64,000 nt of DNA, taken from assembly GCA_963810935.1 (NCBI GenBank), contig CAWEPK010000007.1:1-64000 (forward strand), read 5' to 3'. Within the stretch, counting starts at the first letter, position 1, and each line of letters starts with the position of its first letter. The position numbers and the translations under genes were made by a program. This document shows, in pieces, positions 30,042 to 40,086 of this stretch. The notes below the pieces were generated by a model. The model searched no databases. It was not told the DNA's origin and worked only from the letters and a program-made list of their open reading frames with translations. This DNA comes from an uncultured delta proteobacterium (lineage in GTDB: Bacteria; Desulfobacterota; Syntrophorhabdia; Syntrophorhabdales; WCHB1-27).

Positions 30042-30983
30042 TCAATCTCTTACTTTGAGCACCACCTTGCCCGTTGCGTGTCCCGACTCGGCCAGCTCGT
30101 GCGCCTCCCTCGCCTTTTCGAGAGGCAGTACAGTGCCCACGCGGAGCTTCAGCCTGCCTGCGTCGATCATCCGCGATATCTCCGAAAGCTGCTCCCCGTC
30201 CGACCGGACAAAAAACCCTTTCGCCTCGATCTTGCGGGCTTGCGCCTCCCCGGCCACATTAATGCCGACTGTCGATACGAGAATGCCGCCAGCCCGTATG
30301 ACCTTCAGTGAGCGCTCCTGTATCTCTCCGCCGATGACGTCGAGGACGACGTCTACAGGCGCGATTTGCTGTTGTAACGGGCCGGCGTCGTAGTCTACGG
30401 CCTCATCCGCCCCAAGGTCCGATACGGATTTGATATCGGCCGCCTTCGCTGCGCCCGCGACCCACGCGCCTTTCTGCTTTGCGAACTGAACTGCGAAGCC
30501 GCCGACGGCCCCCGCCGCGCCATGGATGAGCACACGCTGTCCGGCTTCGAGCTTCCCCGCTTCGAATAATGCCTGCCAGGCCGTCAAGGACGCCAGCGGT
30601 GCAGAGGCGGCGTGAACGTGATCGAACGAAGAAGGCTTCTTTGCCAGGATGCGGGCATCGCAGACAGCGAACTCGGCATAAGCGCCGTCGCGCGTCGTGT
30701 CGAGCCGGGCGAATACTTCCGTCCCGGCCTGCGGGCCCTTCACACCAGCGCCCGGCGATTCGACTACGCCGGACATGTCCCAGCCCAAAATCAATGGGAG
30801 CTTGTTGTGCAGCCGTTCGGCCTGGCTGCCCGATCTCACCTTCCAGTCAAGAGGGTTGACCGCAGCGGCGTATACCCTGATGAGTATCTCCCCCTGCGCG
30901 GGCTCCGGGCGCGGGGCATCCTCGTAAACCAGCACCTCCGGCCCGCCGTACTTATGTATTCTTACAGCTTTCATCGTAGCCAT
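30042..30983 (-). CDS. NADP-dependent MDR-family (quinone) oxidoreductase
   Basis: HKYGGPEVL, AAVNPLD, LGWDMSG, LIHGAAGAVG, GHATGKVVL. Confidence 0.9.
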   Translation of the reverse strand: MATMKAVRIHKYGGPEVLVYEDAPRPEPAQGEILIRVYAAAVNPLDWKVRSGSQAERLHNKLPLILGWDMSGVVESPGAGVKGPQAGTEVFARLDTTRDGAYAEFAVCDARILAKKPSSFDHVHAASAPLASLTAWQALFEAGKLEAGQRVLIHGAAGAVGGFAVQFAKQKGAWVAGAAKAADIKSVSDLGADEAVDYDAGPLQQQIAPVDVVLDVIGGEIQERSLKVIRAGGILVSTVGINVAGEAQARKIEAKGFFVRSDGEQLSEISRMIDAGRLKLRVGTVLPLEKAREAHELAESGHATGKVVLKVRD

Positions 30984-31008
30984 GTACGTCTCCTTCTCCC
31001 GGCCGGTC

Positions 31009-32385
31009 TTAAGGGGGGAGGGGCTTGAGGTCTTCGAGCATAGTGGGGACCAGCTCGGAAACAGTCGGATGGATGTGCACCGCCCGCGTCACAACGGTGT
31101 AAGGCGCACCAGCGTACATCACGTCGAGGATAGAGTGAATGACCTCGTCTCCACCTGTCCCCAATATGGCCGCGCCGAGGATCTGCTTTGTTTCCGCATC
31201 GACGATTACCTTCATGAACCCTTGCGTTTCGCCCTTCTCGACGGCCCTGCCTACCCGCGTCATAGGCCATTTCGCGATAAGGGCGGCCCTTCCCGATGCC
31301 CGTACCTGGGCCTCCGTGAGACCCGCCCTACCCAACGGAGGGTCGGTGTAAAGCGCATAGGCCGTAATGCGGTCGCTAATGCGCCGGTTGTCATGGTCGA
31401 GAAGATTTGCGGCGACGATCTCGTAATCATTGTACGAGGTATGGGTGAATGCCCCCCTGCCGTTGCAGTCGCCGAGCGCCCAGACGCCCGGTACGTTCGT
31501 GCGAAGCTCGTCGTCTACCGTGATGAACCCGCGCTTGTTCATGAGCACGCCGGCCTTTTCGAGTCCCAAATCGTCCGTGTTGGGCCTGCGCCCGACTGCG
31601 AGGAGAAGGTGCGAGCCGACGCTCTCTGCCGGGTTTTCCGGACAGTCCACATTTACGCTCACGTCGCTGCCCTTCTTTTCGAGGGCGATGCATTGCGCGT
31701 TGAGGCGCACCTCGATGCCCTCGGCTTCCAGTATCTCCCTTACCGCCTGAGAGACGTCCTCGTCTTCTTTTCCCATCAGGCCCGCGCCCATTTCTATGAT
31801 CGTCACCTCGCTTCCGAAGCGGCGGAACATCTGGGCGAACTCTATGCCGATGTAGCCGCCCCCCACTATGAGAAGACGGCGGGGAAGGAAATCGATTTGC
31901 ATCATCGACGAGTTGGTAAGATAGGGCACCCGATCGAGCCCTGATATCGGGGGGATGGAGGCGCGCGCGCCGACGTTGATGAATATCTTGTCGGCCCCTA
32001 TCTGCTCCGTCCCGACAGCCACCACATGGGCCGACTCGAAGGCCGCATGGCCCCTGTAAACGGTACATTTCTTCATGTTGGTCAACCACGCTTCGAGACC
32101 GTCTCTCGACAGGGCCGACACATAGTCCTTGCGGGCCTTCGTCCGCTTCATGTCAACGGACACGGCGCCCGCGACCACGCCGAAGTCCGCGGCCCGTCTT
32201 GCCAGGTGCGCAGCGTGGGCCGATGCTATCAGGGTTTTCGTAGGTATGCAGCCCGTGTTGACGCAGGTGCCGCCGAAAAGCTTACGCTCGATGACGGCCA
32301 CGTCCATGCCGCTGCCGGTGAGGCGTCCCGCGAGCGAAGGCCCTGCCTGCCCGGTCCCGATGATAATAGCGTCGTATCTTTTCAT
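31009..32385 (-). CDS. FAD-dependent pyridine nucleotide-disulfide oxidoreductase (RclA/MerA-like, class I)
   Basis: IGTGQAG; GGTCVNTGCIPTK redox disulfide; GGGYIG; HPTVSE. Start trimmed to 32385. Confidence 0.88.
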   Translation of the reverse strand: MKRYDAIIIGTGQAGPSLAGRLTGSGMDVAVIERKLFGGTCVNTGCIPTKTLIASAHAAHLARRAADFGVVAGAVSVDMKRTKARKDYVSALSRDGLEAWLTNMKKCTVYRGHAAFESAHVVAVGTEQIGADKIFINVGARASIPPISGLDRVPYLTNSSMMQIDFLPRRLLIVGGGYIGIEFAQMFRRFGSEVTIIEMGAGLMGKEDEDVSQAVREILEAEGIEVRLNAQCIALEKKGSDVSVNVDCPENPAESVGSHLLLAVGRRPNTDDLGLEKAGVLMNKRGFITVDDELRTNVPGVWALGDCNGRGAFTHTSYNDYEIVAANLLDHDNRRISDRITAYALYTDPPLGRAGLTEAQVRASGRAALIAKWPMTRVGRAVEKGETQGFMKVIVDAETKQILGAAILGTGGDEVIHSILDVMYAGAPYTVVTRAVHIHPTVSELVPTMLEDLKPLPP

Positions 32386-32440
32386 CTGGTCTCCCGTATG
32401 TAACATCGTAAGGGGAAGCTCAGGTGTCAAGGGGCGTAAG

Positions 32441-33136
32441 TTACTCCAGATAATATTTACGGATGGGCCGCAGGTCGTTGTCCAGTTCATATACCAGCGG
32501 CACGCCCGTTGGGATTTCCACGCCGGGTATGTCCGCATCGGAGATGTTGTCGAGGTGCTTGACCAGACCGCGCAGGCTGTTGCCGTGGGCGGCGATCAGC
32601 ACCCTCGTGCCTGCTGTGACGGCGGGGGCGATGGTTTCTTGCCAGTAAGGGAGGAAGCGCACTATCGTCTCCTTGAGCGATTCGGTCCTGGGGATATCGC
32701 CGGGTGCGAGGTGTGCGTAGCGCGGGTCGTGCCCCGGCCAGCGTGGGTCGCCGGGGTCGAGGGCGGGCGGCGCAGTGTCGTAGCTCCTTCGCCAGATGCG
32801 CACCTGCTCCGCGCCGTGGGTTTCTGCCGTCTCCGCCTTGTTGAGCCCCTGGAGTGCGCCGTAATGGCGCTCGTTGAGCCGCCAGCTATGCTGCACGGGT
32901 ATCCACATCAGGTCCATCCCTTCGAGGACGATCCAGAGCGTCTTTATGGCCCGCTTGAGCACGGAGGTAAAGGCCGTGTCGAAAACGAAGCCTTCGCGGC
33001 TGAGCCTCTTTCCCGCCTGCACTGCCTCCTGCACGCCCTTCTCGCTCAGGCCCACGTCCGTCCAGCCGGTGAAACGGTTCTCCGCGTTCCAGGCGCTCAT
33101 CCCGTGACGGAGCAGCACGAGCCTTTTCATTCGCAT
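32441..33136 (-). CDS. gpmA: 2,3-bisphosphoglycerate-dependent phosphoglycerate mutase
   Basis: [34 protein letters not shown]. Confidence 0.95.
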   Translation of the reverse strand: MRMKRLVLLRHGMSAWNAENRFTGWTDVGLSEKGVQEAVQAGKRLSREGFVFDTAFTSVLKRAIKTLWIVLEGMDLMWIPVQHSWRLNERHYGALQGLNKAETAETHGAEQVRIWRRSYDTAPPALDPGDPRWPGHDPRYAHLAPGDIPRTESLKETIVRFLPYWQETIAPAVTAGTRVLIAAHGNSLRGLVKHLDNISDADIPGVEIPTGVPLVYELDNDLRPIRKYYLE

Positions 33137-33427
33137 CCTCCTTGCGCTTTTCGCGCTGCGGGCAGGGCCGCACGTCCGGCCGGCCTTTGAGCCGGTCGCA
33201 GCCCGACCACAAATTTATCATAATGCCCGGCAGGCTTTTCCGCCAAATTACCGGCGTGACCGTGTGAGGCGGTCCTTTGCCCGTTATTAATAATTGTCTA
33301 GCAGTTAATGATTTTTGACAAGCGGTTATTTTTAACTTGCATCCGCGCAACCCATATGGTATTTAAATCACTAATGTTAGCTTGTCTTCATCATGTGTAA
33401 CACTCTCAACAGGAAGGAGGGGGACAT

Positions 33428-33499
33428 ATGAGAATCAGGGCCGTCTTTTTTTTGATCGTGATCGTTATCGCAGTGGCGTTTATTATCACCAACGGATAA
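33428..33499 (+). CDS. 23-aa single-pass membrane peptide
   Basis: AGGAGG RBS; MRIRAVFFLIVIVIAVAFIITNG*; followed by a terminator. Confidence 0.6.
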   Translation: MRIRAVFFLIVIVIAVAFIITNG

Positions 33500-33510
33500 A
33501 GTCGCTGCGC

Positions 33511-33548
33511 AAAAAAAATCCCCGGAGCCGCCCGGCGCCGGGGATTTT
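33511..33548. terminator. Bidirectional intrinsic terminator
   Basis: A8-TCCCGG...CCGGGA-TTTT between the convergent peptide gene and hsp20. Confidence 0.75.
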
Positions 33549-33551
33549 GAG

Positions 33552-34037
33552 TTAAGCGGTTATCGGCACTTTGTGTGCCTCCTTCACCGCCTTCTCGGTT
33601 TTCGGCAGCGTCACCGTGAGGACGCCGTTCTTGTACGCGGCCTCGATTTTTTCGGCGTCTACCGTATCGGGCAGCGCGATCTCGCGCGAGAAGCACCCAT
33701 ACGAGCGCTCGACGTGGTGATAGTCCGTCTCCTTCTCTTCCTTCTCGACCTTTTTCTCACCGCTGATGGTGAGCATGCCGTTCCGGACGGAGACGTCTAT
33801 ATCCTCCCGGTTCATGCCGGGCATCTCGGCGCTGATCTCGATGCTCTTCCCTTTCTCCTTGATGTCTATCGTCGGAGAGAACAAGCCCCTTACCTCGGGG
33901 GCAACGTAGCTCACCAAAGAACCCCCGAAAACTTCGTCAAAGAGGCTGTCCATCCTTCTCTCGAAGTCGGAGAAGAACCGGTCGTCTCTCCGGAGGTCCA
34001 ACGGCCTTTCTTCATATCGTCTGAGTGAGAGTTCCAT
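33552..34037 (-). CDS. Hsp20/alpha-crystallin small heat-shock protein
   Basis: PTIDIKE, AEMPGM, LTISGEK, ERSYGCFSREIALP, AAYKNGVLTVTLPK. Confidence 0.93.
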   Translation of the reverse strand: MELSLRRYEERPLDLRRDDRFFSDFERRMDSLFDEVFGGSLVSYVAPEVRGLFSPTIDIKEKGKSIEISAEMPGMNREDIDVSVRNGMLTISGEKKVEKEEKETDYHHVERSYGCFSREIALPDTVDAEKIEAAYKNGVLTVTLPKTEKAVKEAHKVPITA

Positions 34038-34110
34038 AGTACACCTCGCTGATCCATTATGTCAGGCCCATCGCCTGACACCCTTCTCCAACTCCTACTT
34101 CCGTTGGAGG

Positions 34111-34135
34111 GGACTTAAACCTTAAGTTTAAGTCC
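34111..34135. promoter_or_regulatory. Perfect dyad upstream of hsp20 (candidate repressor/MerR-type operator)
   Basis: GGACTTAAAC-CTTAA-GTTTAAGTCC. Confidence 0.55.
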
Positions 34136-34216
34136 AAGGGACTATAATCCGCGTCTTAGCTTTGTCAAGAGTGACGCAAGAGGGAGCCGGGGATGCGCTG
34201 TAAATCTGCATCGCCC

Positions 34217-34267
34217 TTGCTATACTCCATATAGAGGGGTATAATATATACATATAAAGTGTATGTA
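34217..34267 (+). promoter_or_regulatory. Sigma70 promoter and operator of the antitoxin-PIN operon
   Basis: TTGCTA-17-TATAAT (34217-34245), followed by TACATA-N7-TATGTA. Confidence 0.65.
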
Positions 34268-34284
34268 ATATAAGGGGGTATTAA

Positions 34285-34527
34285 ATGGGCCAGGGTGCAC
34301 GCAAAATGAACTTCCTTATAGAGAAGGATGTGGAGCAGGAGATGGAGCGCCTGGTGCCTCCCGGCAAGAGGAGCAAGGTAGTTAATGAAGCTTTGCGAAG
34401 GCAATTGGAGCTGATGCGAAGGAAATCGGCTGTTGGCGATCTGCTTGCCGAGCCGTCCCTCGGCTACCGCACGTTGAGCACCGCCGCCATCGTAGACCAA
34501 CTTTCCAGGGACAGGGAGGGTCACTGA
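34285..34527 (+). CDS. Antitoxin (RHH/CopG-like, VapB role)
   Basis: MNFLI..DV...M..LVPPGKRSKVVNEAL; stop overlaps the PIN gene start (TGATG). Confidence 0.75.
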   Translation: MGQGARKMNFLIEKDVEQEMERLVPPGKRSKVVNEALRRQLELMRRKSAVGDLLAEPSLGYRTLSTAAIVDQLSRDREGH

Positions 34528-34946
34528 TGGCCGCGTACGTGGTTGACGCCTCCGTAATCCTCAAATGGGTCCTGGGCGACGCCAAAGAGCCGGACCAGGA
34601 AGCGGCCGTCAAGTTGCTCAAGGGGTGGGCCGACGGCACGGACAGCCTTGCGGCCCCGGCGCTTTGGGAGTATGAGGCAGCAAATCTTCTCGGCCGGGAG
34701 TTCCCCGACGAGGCCGAAAAAATGATGGAAATGCTCCGCCGTCTCGAAATAAAGACCGTGCCCCTGACAGACGCGATGATCAAAAGATGCTTCCACTGGA
34801 TGAAGACGCAGAAAGTGACGTTCTACGATGCCTCCTACCTCACCATAGCCGTCGAGACAGGTGCAACCCTTATAACCGCAGACGACAAATTCGTGAAGAA
34901 GATGGGGAAGGGTGAGGCGATCATGACGTTGAAAGAATTGATGTAG
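34527..34946 (+). CDS. vapC: PIN-domain (VapC-family) toxin
   Basis: VVDASVILKW, YEAAN, FYDASYL, LITAD acidic tetrad. Confidence 0.88.
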   Translation: MAAYVVDASVILKWVLGDAKEPDQEAAVKLLKGWADGTDSLAAPALWEYEAANLLGREFPDEAEKMMEMLRRLEIKTVPLTDAMIKRCFHWMKTQKVTFYDASYLTIAVETGATLITADDKFVKKMGKGEAIMTLKELM

Positions 34947-34977
34947 GGCCGGATCGCATCGCGCGACGGAAATCTTT

Positions 34978-35006
34978 TTGACATAGAAAATAGATTCTCC
35001 TATGCT
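34978..35006 (+). promoter_or_regulatory. Sigma70 promoter of the MNT-HEPN operon
   Basis: TTGACA-17-TATGCT. Confidence 0.7.
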
Positions 35007-35033
35007 ATCTATGTACATGGGAATACTAATCAT

Positions 35034-35324
35034 ATGAGAAAGAGAGAGATATTAGACATCATTAGGAGCGCCAAGCCGGAGGTGAAGGGCCGATACGGGG
35101 TCGAGCGGCTTGGCCTGTTCGGCTCCTATTTGAGAGAGACGCAACGAAAGAGAAGCGATGTTGACATCCTCGTGACGTTCAGCCGTGACATAGACCTGTT
35201 TGACTTTCTGGACCTCCGCGAATACCTCGAAAGCCGCTTGCACGCAAAGGTCGATCTTGTCATGGAGTCAGCCCTCAAGCCCGCCATCGGAAAACGCATC
35301 CTCGCCGAGGTCGAATATGTTTAA
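35034..35324 (+). CDS. Minimal nucleotidyltransferase (MntA-type antitoxin)
   Basis: LFGS-X9-SDVDILV, VDLV. Confidence 0.9.
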   Translation: MRKREILDIIRSAKPEVKGRYGVERLGLFGSYLRETQRKRSDVDILVTFSRDIDLFDFLDLREYLESRLHAKVDLVMESALKPAIGKRILAEVEYV

Positions 35325-35670
35325 GGGGCGCGACGCAGCCGATTACCTGACAGATATCCTGACTGCCATCGCCGAGGTCGAGGAGTTTACTCGCGGCATG
35401 TCCTACGAGACATTTGCAGCAGATAAGAAAACCGTCAACGCTGTCATCAGAAGCCTTGAAGTCCTTGGGGAAGCCGCCAAGAAGATACCGGCACCATTCC
35501 GCCGCAAGCATCCCGACGTCCCCTGGAGCAAAATGGCCGGTATGCGGGACGTCCTCATTCACGATTACATGGGCGTTGACCTCAAAACGGTTTGGAAAGT
35601 AGCGCAAGAGCGCCTGCCGGAACTAAGGGCTTTGCTCTCAGGGCCGGACCCGGAAGAAGGGGATTTGTGA
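35317..35670 (+). CDS. HEPN/DUF86 ribonuclease toxin (HepT-type)
   Basis: LEVLGEAAK, PWSKMAGMRDVLIHDY (RX4HXY); overlaps the MNT stop. Confidence 0.9.
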   Translation: MFKGRDAADYLTDILTAIAEVEEFTRGMSYETFAADKKTVNAVIRSLEVLGEAAKKIPAPFRRKHPDVPWSKMAGMRDVLIHDYMGVDLKTVWKVAQERLPELRALLSGPDPEEGDL

Positions 35671-35728
35671 TCGGCAAGGTGGAACAAACGGCTAAGCTGT
35701 TCTGACCGGTCCAGGACGATGACGAACG

Positions 35729-36445
35729 GTGAATAGACAAGACATAATTAACGAGATAAAGAGAACCGCCGAGACAAATGGTGGTAGTCCGTTTGGGAGC
35801 CGGAGGTTCGCGGTTGAGACGGGAATCTGTGAATCTGATTGGAACGGGAAATATTGGGCGAGATGGAGCGATGCCCTTGTTGAAGCAGGATACACACCCA
35901 ACACGTTGCAATCTTCCTACGATGACGAATGGGTGATTGGAAAGCTTGTTTGCTTGATAAGAGAGTTGGGGAGATTCCCATCGGACGCGGATTTGCGATT
36001 GAAGGCAACGCAAGATAAGAATTTCCCAAGCGTAAGACCCTTTAGACGCTTGGGAAACAAGGCCGAACTTATTGAGAAGACCATCGGATATTGCGAGATC
36101 GTGAGTGAACTTAATGATGTCTTGAGCATCTGCCGTGCACTCGAAGGCGTGCGCTCTGAACCAGATATCTCGTCACAAAGCCAGCAGGATGTGGGGTATG
36201 TCTACCTCATGAAGTCAGGAAAACATTACAAGATCGGTCGAACCGCCGCTCTGGGTAGGCGGGAGTATGAAATACGGATTCAGCTGCCAGACAAACTGAC
36301 AACAGTCCATACCATAAAGACTGATGATCCGGCAGGCATTGAGGCGTATTGGCATAATCGATTCCGGGATAGAAGAAAAAACGGTGAATGGTTTGAGCTC
36401 ACTGCTGGCGACGTTAGTGCTTTCAAAAGACGCAAATTCATGTAA
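35729..36445 (+). CDS. GIY-YIG nuclease family protein (MUG113/T5orf172-like) with N-terminal repeat region
   Basis: GYVYLMKSGKHYKIGRT...IEAYWHNRF...RKNGEWFEL; AT-richer than the host. Confidence 0.8.
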   Translation: MNRQDIINEIKRTAETNGGSPFGSRRFAVETGICESDWNGKYWARWSDALVEAGYTPNTLQSSYDDEWVIGKLVCLIRELGRFPSDADLRLKATQDKNFPSVRPFRRLGNKAELIEKTIGYCEIVSELNDVLSICRALEGVRSEPDISSQSQQDVGYVYLMKSGKHYKIGRTAALGRREYEIRIQLPDKLTTVHTIKTDDPAGIEAYWHNRFRDRRKNGEWFELTAGDVSAFKRRKFM

Positions 36446-36719
36446 CATGCCCTATGGATCGCGACGAGATAGTAAGCCATGCTAGTTAATTGCCGCTGGT
36501 CAGAAGAGTAGTGTAATATAAAGTAAAATGTAAGTTGTTTCTTCTCGGTCGGAGAGATTTTTAGATTTTCCGTTATTTTTCGAAGGCACCCGATGAGATA
36601 GTACATTTGGGAGTACATCGAGGAGGTGCGCCGAGAAAATGGCGGAAAAGGCGCGAAAACACCCCGGCCGCCCTCATATGAGAATGAGGATTTGTAAGCG
36701 TACGCAGTCGTGCGTGTGT

Positions 36720-37301
36720 TTATAAATCTTCATTCTCCCAAACTATACGCTGGGATAATGCGTGGTCCCGTCCGACCCTCTTGGCTGCTGCCATGCCTGC
36801 GCGCAGGGCTTCGCGGTTGAGGTTTTCGGTGCCCTTCGGCACGCGGGCCACTACCGCCTTTTCGAGTGCCCCTTTGGAGACGCAGTTCGTTATTGCCCCC
36901 AGCGCGCCGAGGGCCACTATGTTGGCGGCCATCTCTTTGCCTAACTTTTCGCGGGCGATACGGGTGAACGGTATGGCGAAGATTTCGGGCACGGGGAATT
37001 GCGTCACGAACGTCGAATCGACGATGAGGGTACCGTCGTCTTTGAGGTCGTGGTAATACTGGTCGCATGATTTCTGGCTCATGGCGAGCAGCACGTCAAG
37101 CCGCAGCGCCTTAGGATAGTCGATCTCTTCGTCGCTGACTACGACCTCGGCGCGGCTCGACCCGCCCCTCGCCTCGGGCCCGTAACTCTGCGTCTGGGCG
37201 ACGCACTTGCCGTCATATATGCCTATGGCCTCGCCCAGAATGATGCCCATGACGATGATGCCCTGGCCGCCTGTGCCGGAAAGCCTTATGTCGTACCGCA
37301 A
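36720..37301 (-). CDS. korC: 2-oxoacid:ferredoxin oxidoreductase gamma subunit
   Basis: IRLSGTGGQG, QSYGPEARGG, ANIVALG. Confidence 0.9.
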   Translation of the reverse strand: MRYDIRLSGTGGQGIIVMGIILGEAIGIYDGKCVAQTQSYGPEARGGSSRAEVVVSDEEIDYPKALRLDVLLAMSQKSCDQYYHDLKDDGTLIVDSTFVTQFPVPEIFAIPFTRIAREKLGKEMAANIVALGALGAITNCVSKGALEKAVVARVPKGTENLNREALRAGMAAAKRVGRDHALSQRIVWENEDL

Positions 37302-37329
37302 CCGCTAAAACCCCCTATTTATGTTCTGC

Positions 37330-37475
37330 CCGGCGGACTTCGTTCGGGCCGCCGGTCTTCACCCTCACCCAGCCCTCTCCCCTCAAGGGAGAGGGAAATC
37401 AGGCTTGCCTGCCGTTTTTCTCCGCCTGCGCAATTATTGGGGATAGCGTCGCCCCCTCCACGAGCGAAGCTCGTA
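37330..37475. repeat. Cluster of REP-like hairpins between the beta and gamma genes
   Basis: CCGGCGG...CCGCCGG; CCCTCACCCAGCCCTCTCCCCTCAAGGGAGAGGG; ACGAGC-GAA-GCTCGT. Confidence 0.6.
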
Positions 37476-37507
37476 GAGCCTCCCCCTCATAAAAAGGAAG
37501 AAACATT

Positions 37508-38374
37508 TTATCCTTTCGCATGTTCTTTCTCCGCCTGCTCCCGTGCCCGCTCCCTTATCTTTTGATACTCTTCCTCGTATACAGGCATCTCCCTGTCGAC
37601 CAGGATGCCGGTGAGGAACTTGTCGGGGGGCGGCGGGGCAGGGCATTCCGCAGAGCCCGCCCTGATAGCCTGCTCCACGGGGTAGGCGTGGTCCCGCTGC
37701 CATTCCAGCATCTGCACCGCGCCGCCCATTTTATTGAGCTTGCCATATTGCGTGTGGCAGTGCGATATGACCTCGACGACGGAGAAGCCCGTCTTGTGGA
37801 AGGCCGCCTCCATCAGGTTTGCGAGCTGGTTCGCATGGTAGACCGTACCGCGCGCAACGAAGGAGGCGCCGGCCGTCACGGCAAGCTCCGATATCTTAAA
37901 GGCGTGTTCTACGTTTGCGTACGCGGTCGTGGTCGATCGCATCCCGTAGGGCGTCGTAGGCGAGTACTGGCCGCCCGTCATGCCGTAAATACTGTTGTTG
38001 ACGACCAGTGCGGTCATGTCGATATTGCGCCGCGCCGCGTGGATGAAATGGTTGCCGCCTATGGCCACCGCGTCGCCGTCCCCCATGATGACGATCACCT
38101 TGAGGCGGGGCTTGGCGAGCTTGACGCCCGTGGCGAACGTGAGGGCGCGGCCGTGGGTCGTGTGGAGCGTGTTGAAATCGACGTAGACGGGGAGGCGGCT
38201 CGAGCAGCCGATGCCGGAGACGAGCACGATGTCGTCCTTCTCGAAACCCGTCCTGTCGATGGCGCGGATGAGCGCGCCGAGCATTATGCCTATGCCGCAT
38301 CCGGGGCACCAGACGTGGGGGAACTTCTTGTCGTGGCGGAGGTACTTATGGATCAGCTTCGTGATATCGGCCAT
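37508..38374 (-). CDS. korB: 2-oxoacid:ferredoxin oxidoreductase beta subunit
   Basis: WCPGCG, SGIGCS, HTTHGRA, GDGD..IGGNH, NNSIYGMTGGQ (TPP motif). Start at 38374. Confidence 0.93.
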   Translation of the reverse strand: MADITKLIHKYLRHDKKFPHVWCPGCGIGIMLGALIRAIDRTGFEKDDIVLVSGIGCSSRLPVYVDFNTLHTTHGRALTFATGVKLAKPRLKVIVIMGDGDAVAIGGNHFIHAARRNIDMTALVVNNSIYGMTGGQYSPTTPYGMRSTTTAYANVEHAFKISELAVTAGASFVARGTVYHANQLANLMEAAFHKTGFSVVEVISHCHTQYGKLNKMGGAVQMLEWQRDHAYPVEQAIRAGSAECPAPPPPDKFLTGILVDREMPVYEEEYQKIRERAREQAEKEHAKG

Positions 38375-39577
38375 CACCGCACCTCCATCACGGCCCTGAG
38401 TATCTCGTCGGGCGTTATCATCGTGCCGTCGACCTTGCTGAGGCGCTTCACGTAGCTCTTGCCTTCGTTCACGCGCTTTACCTCGCGCGATATCTGCCCC
38501 ATGTTCATCTCCGGGACGACGACCGCCTTGCACTGGCCGAGCACCTCCTCGACTGCGGCCCGCATGAAAGGCCAGATCGTCAGGAGCTTCAGGAGGCCCG
38601 CCTTGATGCCGCGCTCCCGCGCCTCGATAACGGCCCTCTTGGCGGAGCGCGCCACGGACCCATACGCGATGATGCCGATTTCGGCGTCTTCCATCATGTA
38701 GAGCTCGCCCTTGTGGATGTCGGCCATGCTCTGGCTGATCTTCCTGAAAAGGCGAGCGATGAAGGGGCCGATCTCGTCGGGCCGCTCGGTAGGGAAGCCG
38801 CGCACGTCGTGCGTGAGACCCGTCACGTGGTAGCGGTAGCCTTCGCCGAAGTCGGCCATGGCGGGCACCCCGGACGGCGTATCTTCGTAAGGCACGTACC
38901 ATTCGGGCGGCACCTTCGGCTTGACCCTGTTGACGATCTTGACGGCGTCGCTGTCCGCCGGCGGCAGCACCACTTTTTCGCGCATGTGGGCGACGACCTC
39001 ATCGAGCAGAAGGATGACGGGGTTCCTGAACCGCTCCGCAAGGTTGAAGGCGCGCACGGTCAGGCTCGAAGCATTCAAGGACGGTGGACGGCGCCAGCGC
39101 GATGACGGGGTGATCGCCGTGCGTCCCCCAGCGCGCCTGCATCACGTCCCCCTGGGCGGGAAGCGTGGGTAGCCCCGTAGACGGCCCTCCGCGCATGACG
39201 TTGGCAACTACGCATGGCACCTCCGCCATCACAGCGAAGCCGAGGTTCTCCTGCATGAGCGAGAATCCGGGGCCGGAGGTGGCGGTCATCGACTTGACGC
39301 CTGCCAGCGACGCGCCGATGATCGCGCCCATGCTCGCTATCTCGTCCTCCATCTGGATGAATGTGCCGCGTTCGGCGGGCAGCCTGACAGAGAGTATCTC
39401 CGATATCTCCGTCGCGGGCGTAATCGGGTAGCCCGCGAAAAACCGGCACCCGGCGCGCAGCGCGCCCTCTACGATTGCCTCGTTCCCCTGGAGGAGCACT
39501 TCATTTTGCGGTTTGTGGTTTTTGTGATTGCGATTGCCCGGTACGCCCGGGCTGCGCTGGTTGCCCACCTTCTTCAC
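38374..39577 (-). CDS. korA: 2-oxoacid:ferredoxin oxidoreductase alpha subunit; apparent +1 indel at ~39064
   Basis: GNEA, YPITP, QMEDE, TATSGPG, MRGGPSTG, VPEMNMGQ. The frames join on deleting one base. Confidence 0.9.
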
Positions 39578-39912
39578 GACGCGCCCCCTTTGCCGTTGCC
39601 TTCGGAAGAGCCGCCGCCGTCCGCTTGCGGGGAGCCCTGGGCGCCATTGGGGGCGCACGAGTCATCATCTTCCCTGTTCTCCGCTATGGTGATGGCGAAG
39701 TCGGGGCAGCGCAGCTCGCATAGGCCGCAGCGGCCGCAAAGCGACGGGTCTTTGACGTAGGGCGCGCCCGTCTCGTCGAGGGCGAGGGCCTTCTTCGGGC
39801 AGAAGGCTACGCAAATGCCGCAGCCCTTGCACCAGCCTTTGAAGATATCGATGCGCGGAGGGGGCGTCTTCGTTTTGTCGGGTGTTTTATGCCTGGCGGA
39901 ACGCTCAACCAT
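39574..39912 (-). CDS. korD: 2x[4Fe-4S] ferredoxin-like delta subunit
   Basis: CKGCGICVAFCP and CGRCGLCELRCP. Confidence 0.9.
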   Translation of the reverse strand: MVERSARHKTPDKTKTPPPRIDIFKGWCKGCGICVAFCPKKALALDETGAPYVKDPSLCGRCGLCELRCPDFAITIAENREDDDSCAPNGAQGSPQADGGGSSEGNGKGGAS

Positions 39913-40086
39913 GTCCCTAGTATTATCGCACTTTCCGGCCAGTAGTCAAATAAAGGGTTGGGACCATTTCGTGGCTTTCACCACACAAAGCACTCCAGGT
40001 CTTACGTCATTGCAAGCGGATATTGACATGGCCATATAATATGCCATACATTTGTATTGCCCATACACAGACGTCCAAGGTGCTCT

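Noticed and set aside
31009..32385. Mercuric reductase merA
   Set aside because: Lacks the C-terminal Cys-Cys pair and the N-terminal metal-binding domain; no mer operon.
38374..39577. korA, dctM and others as true pseudogenes
   Set aside because: Each has a single indel in an otherwise intact, conserved frame, and they share one sequence context.
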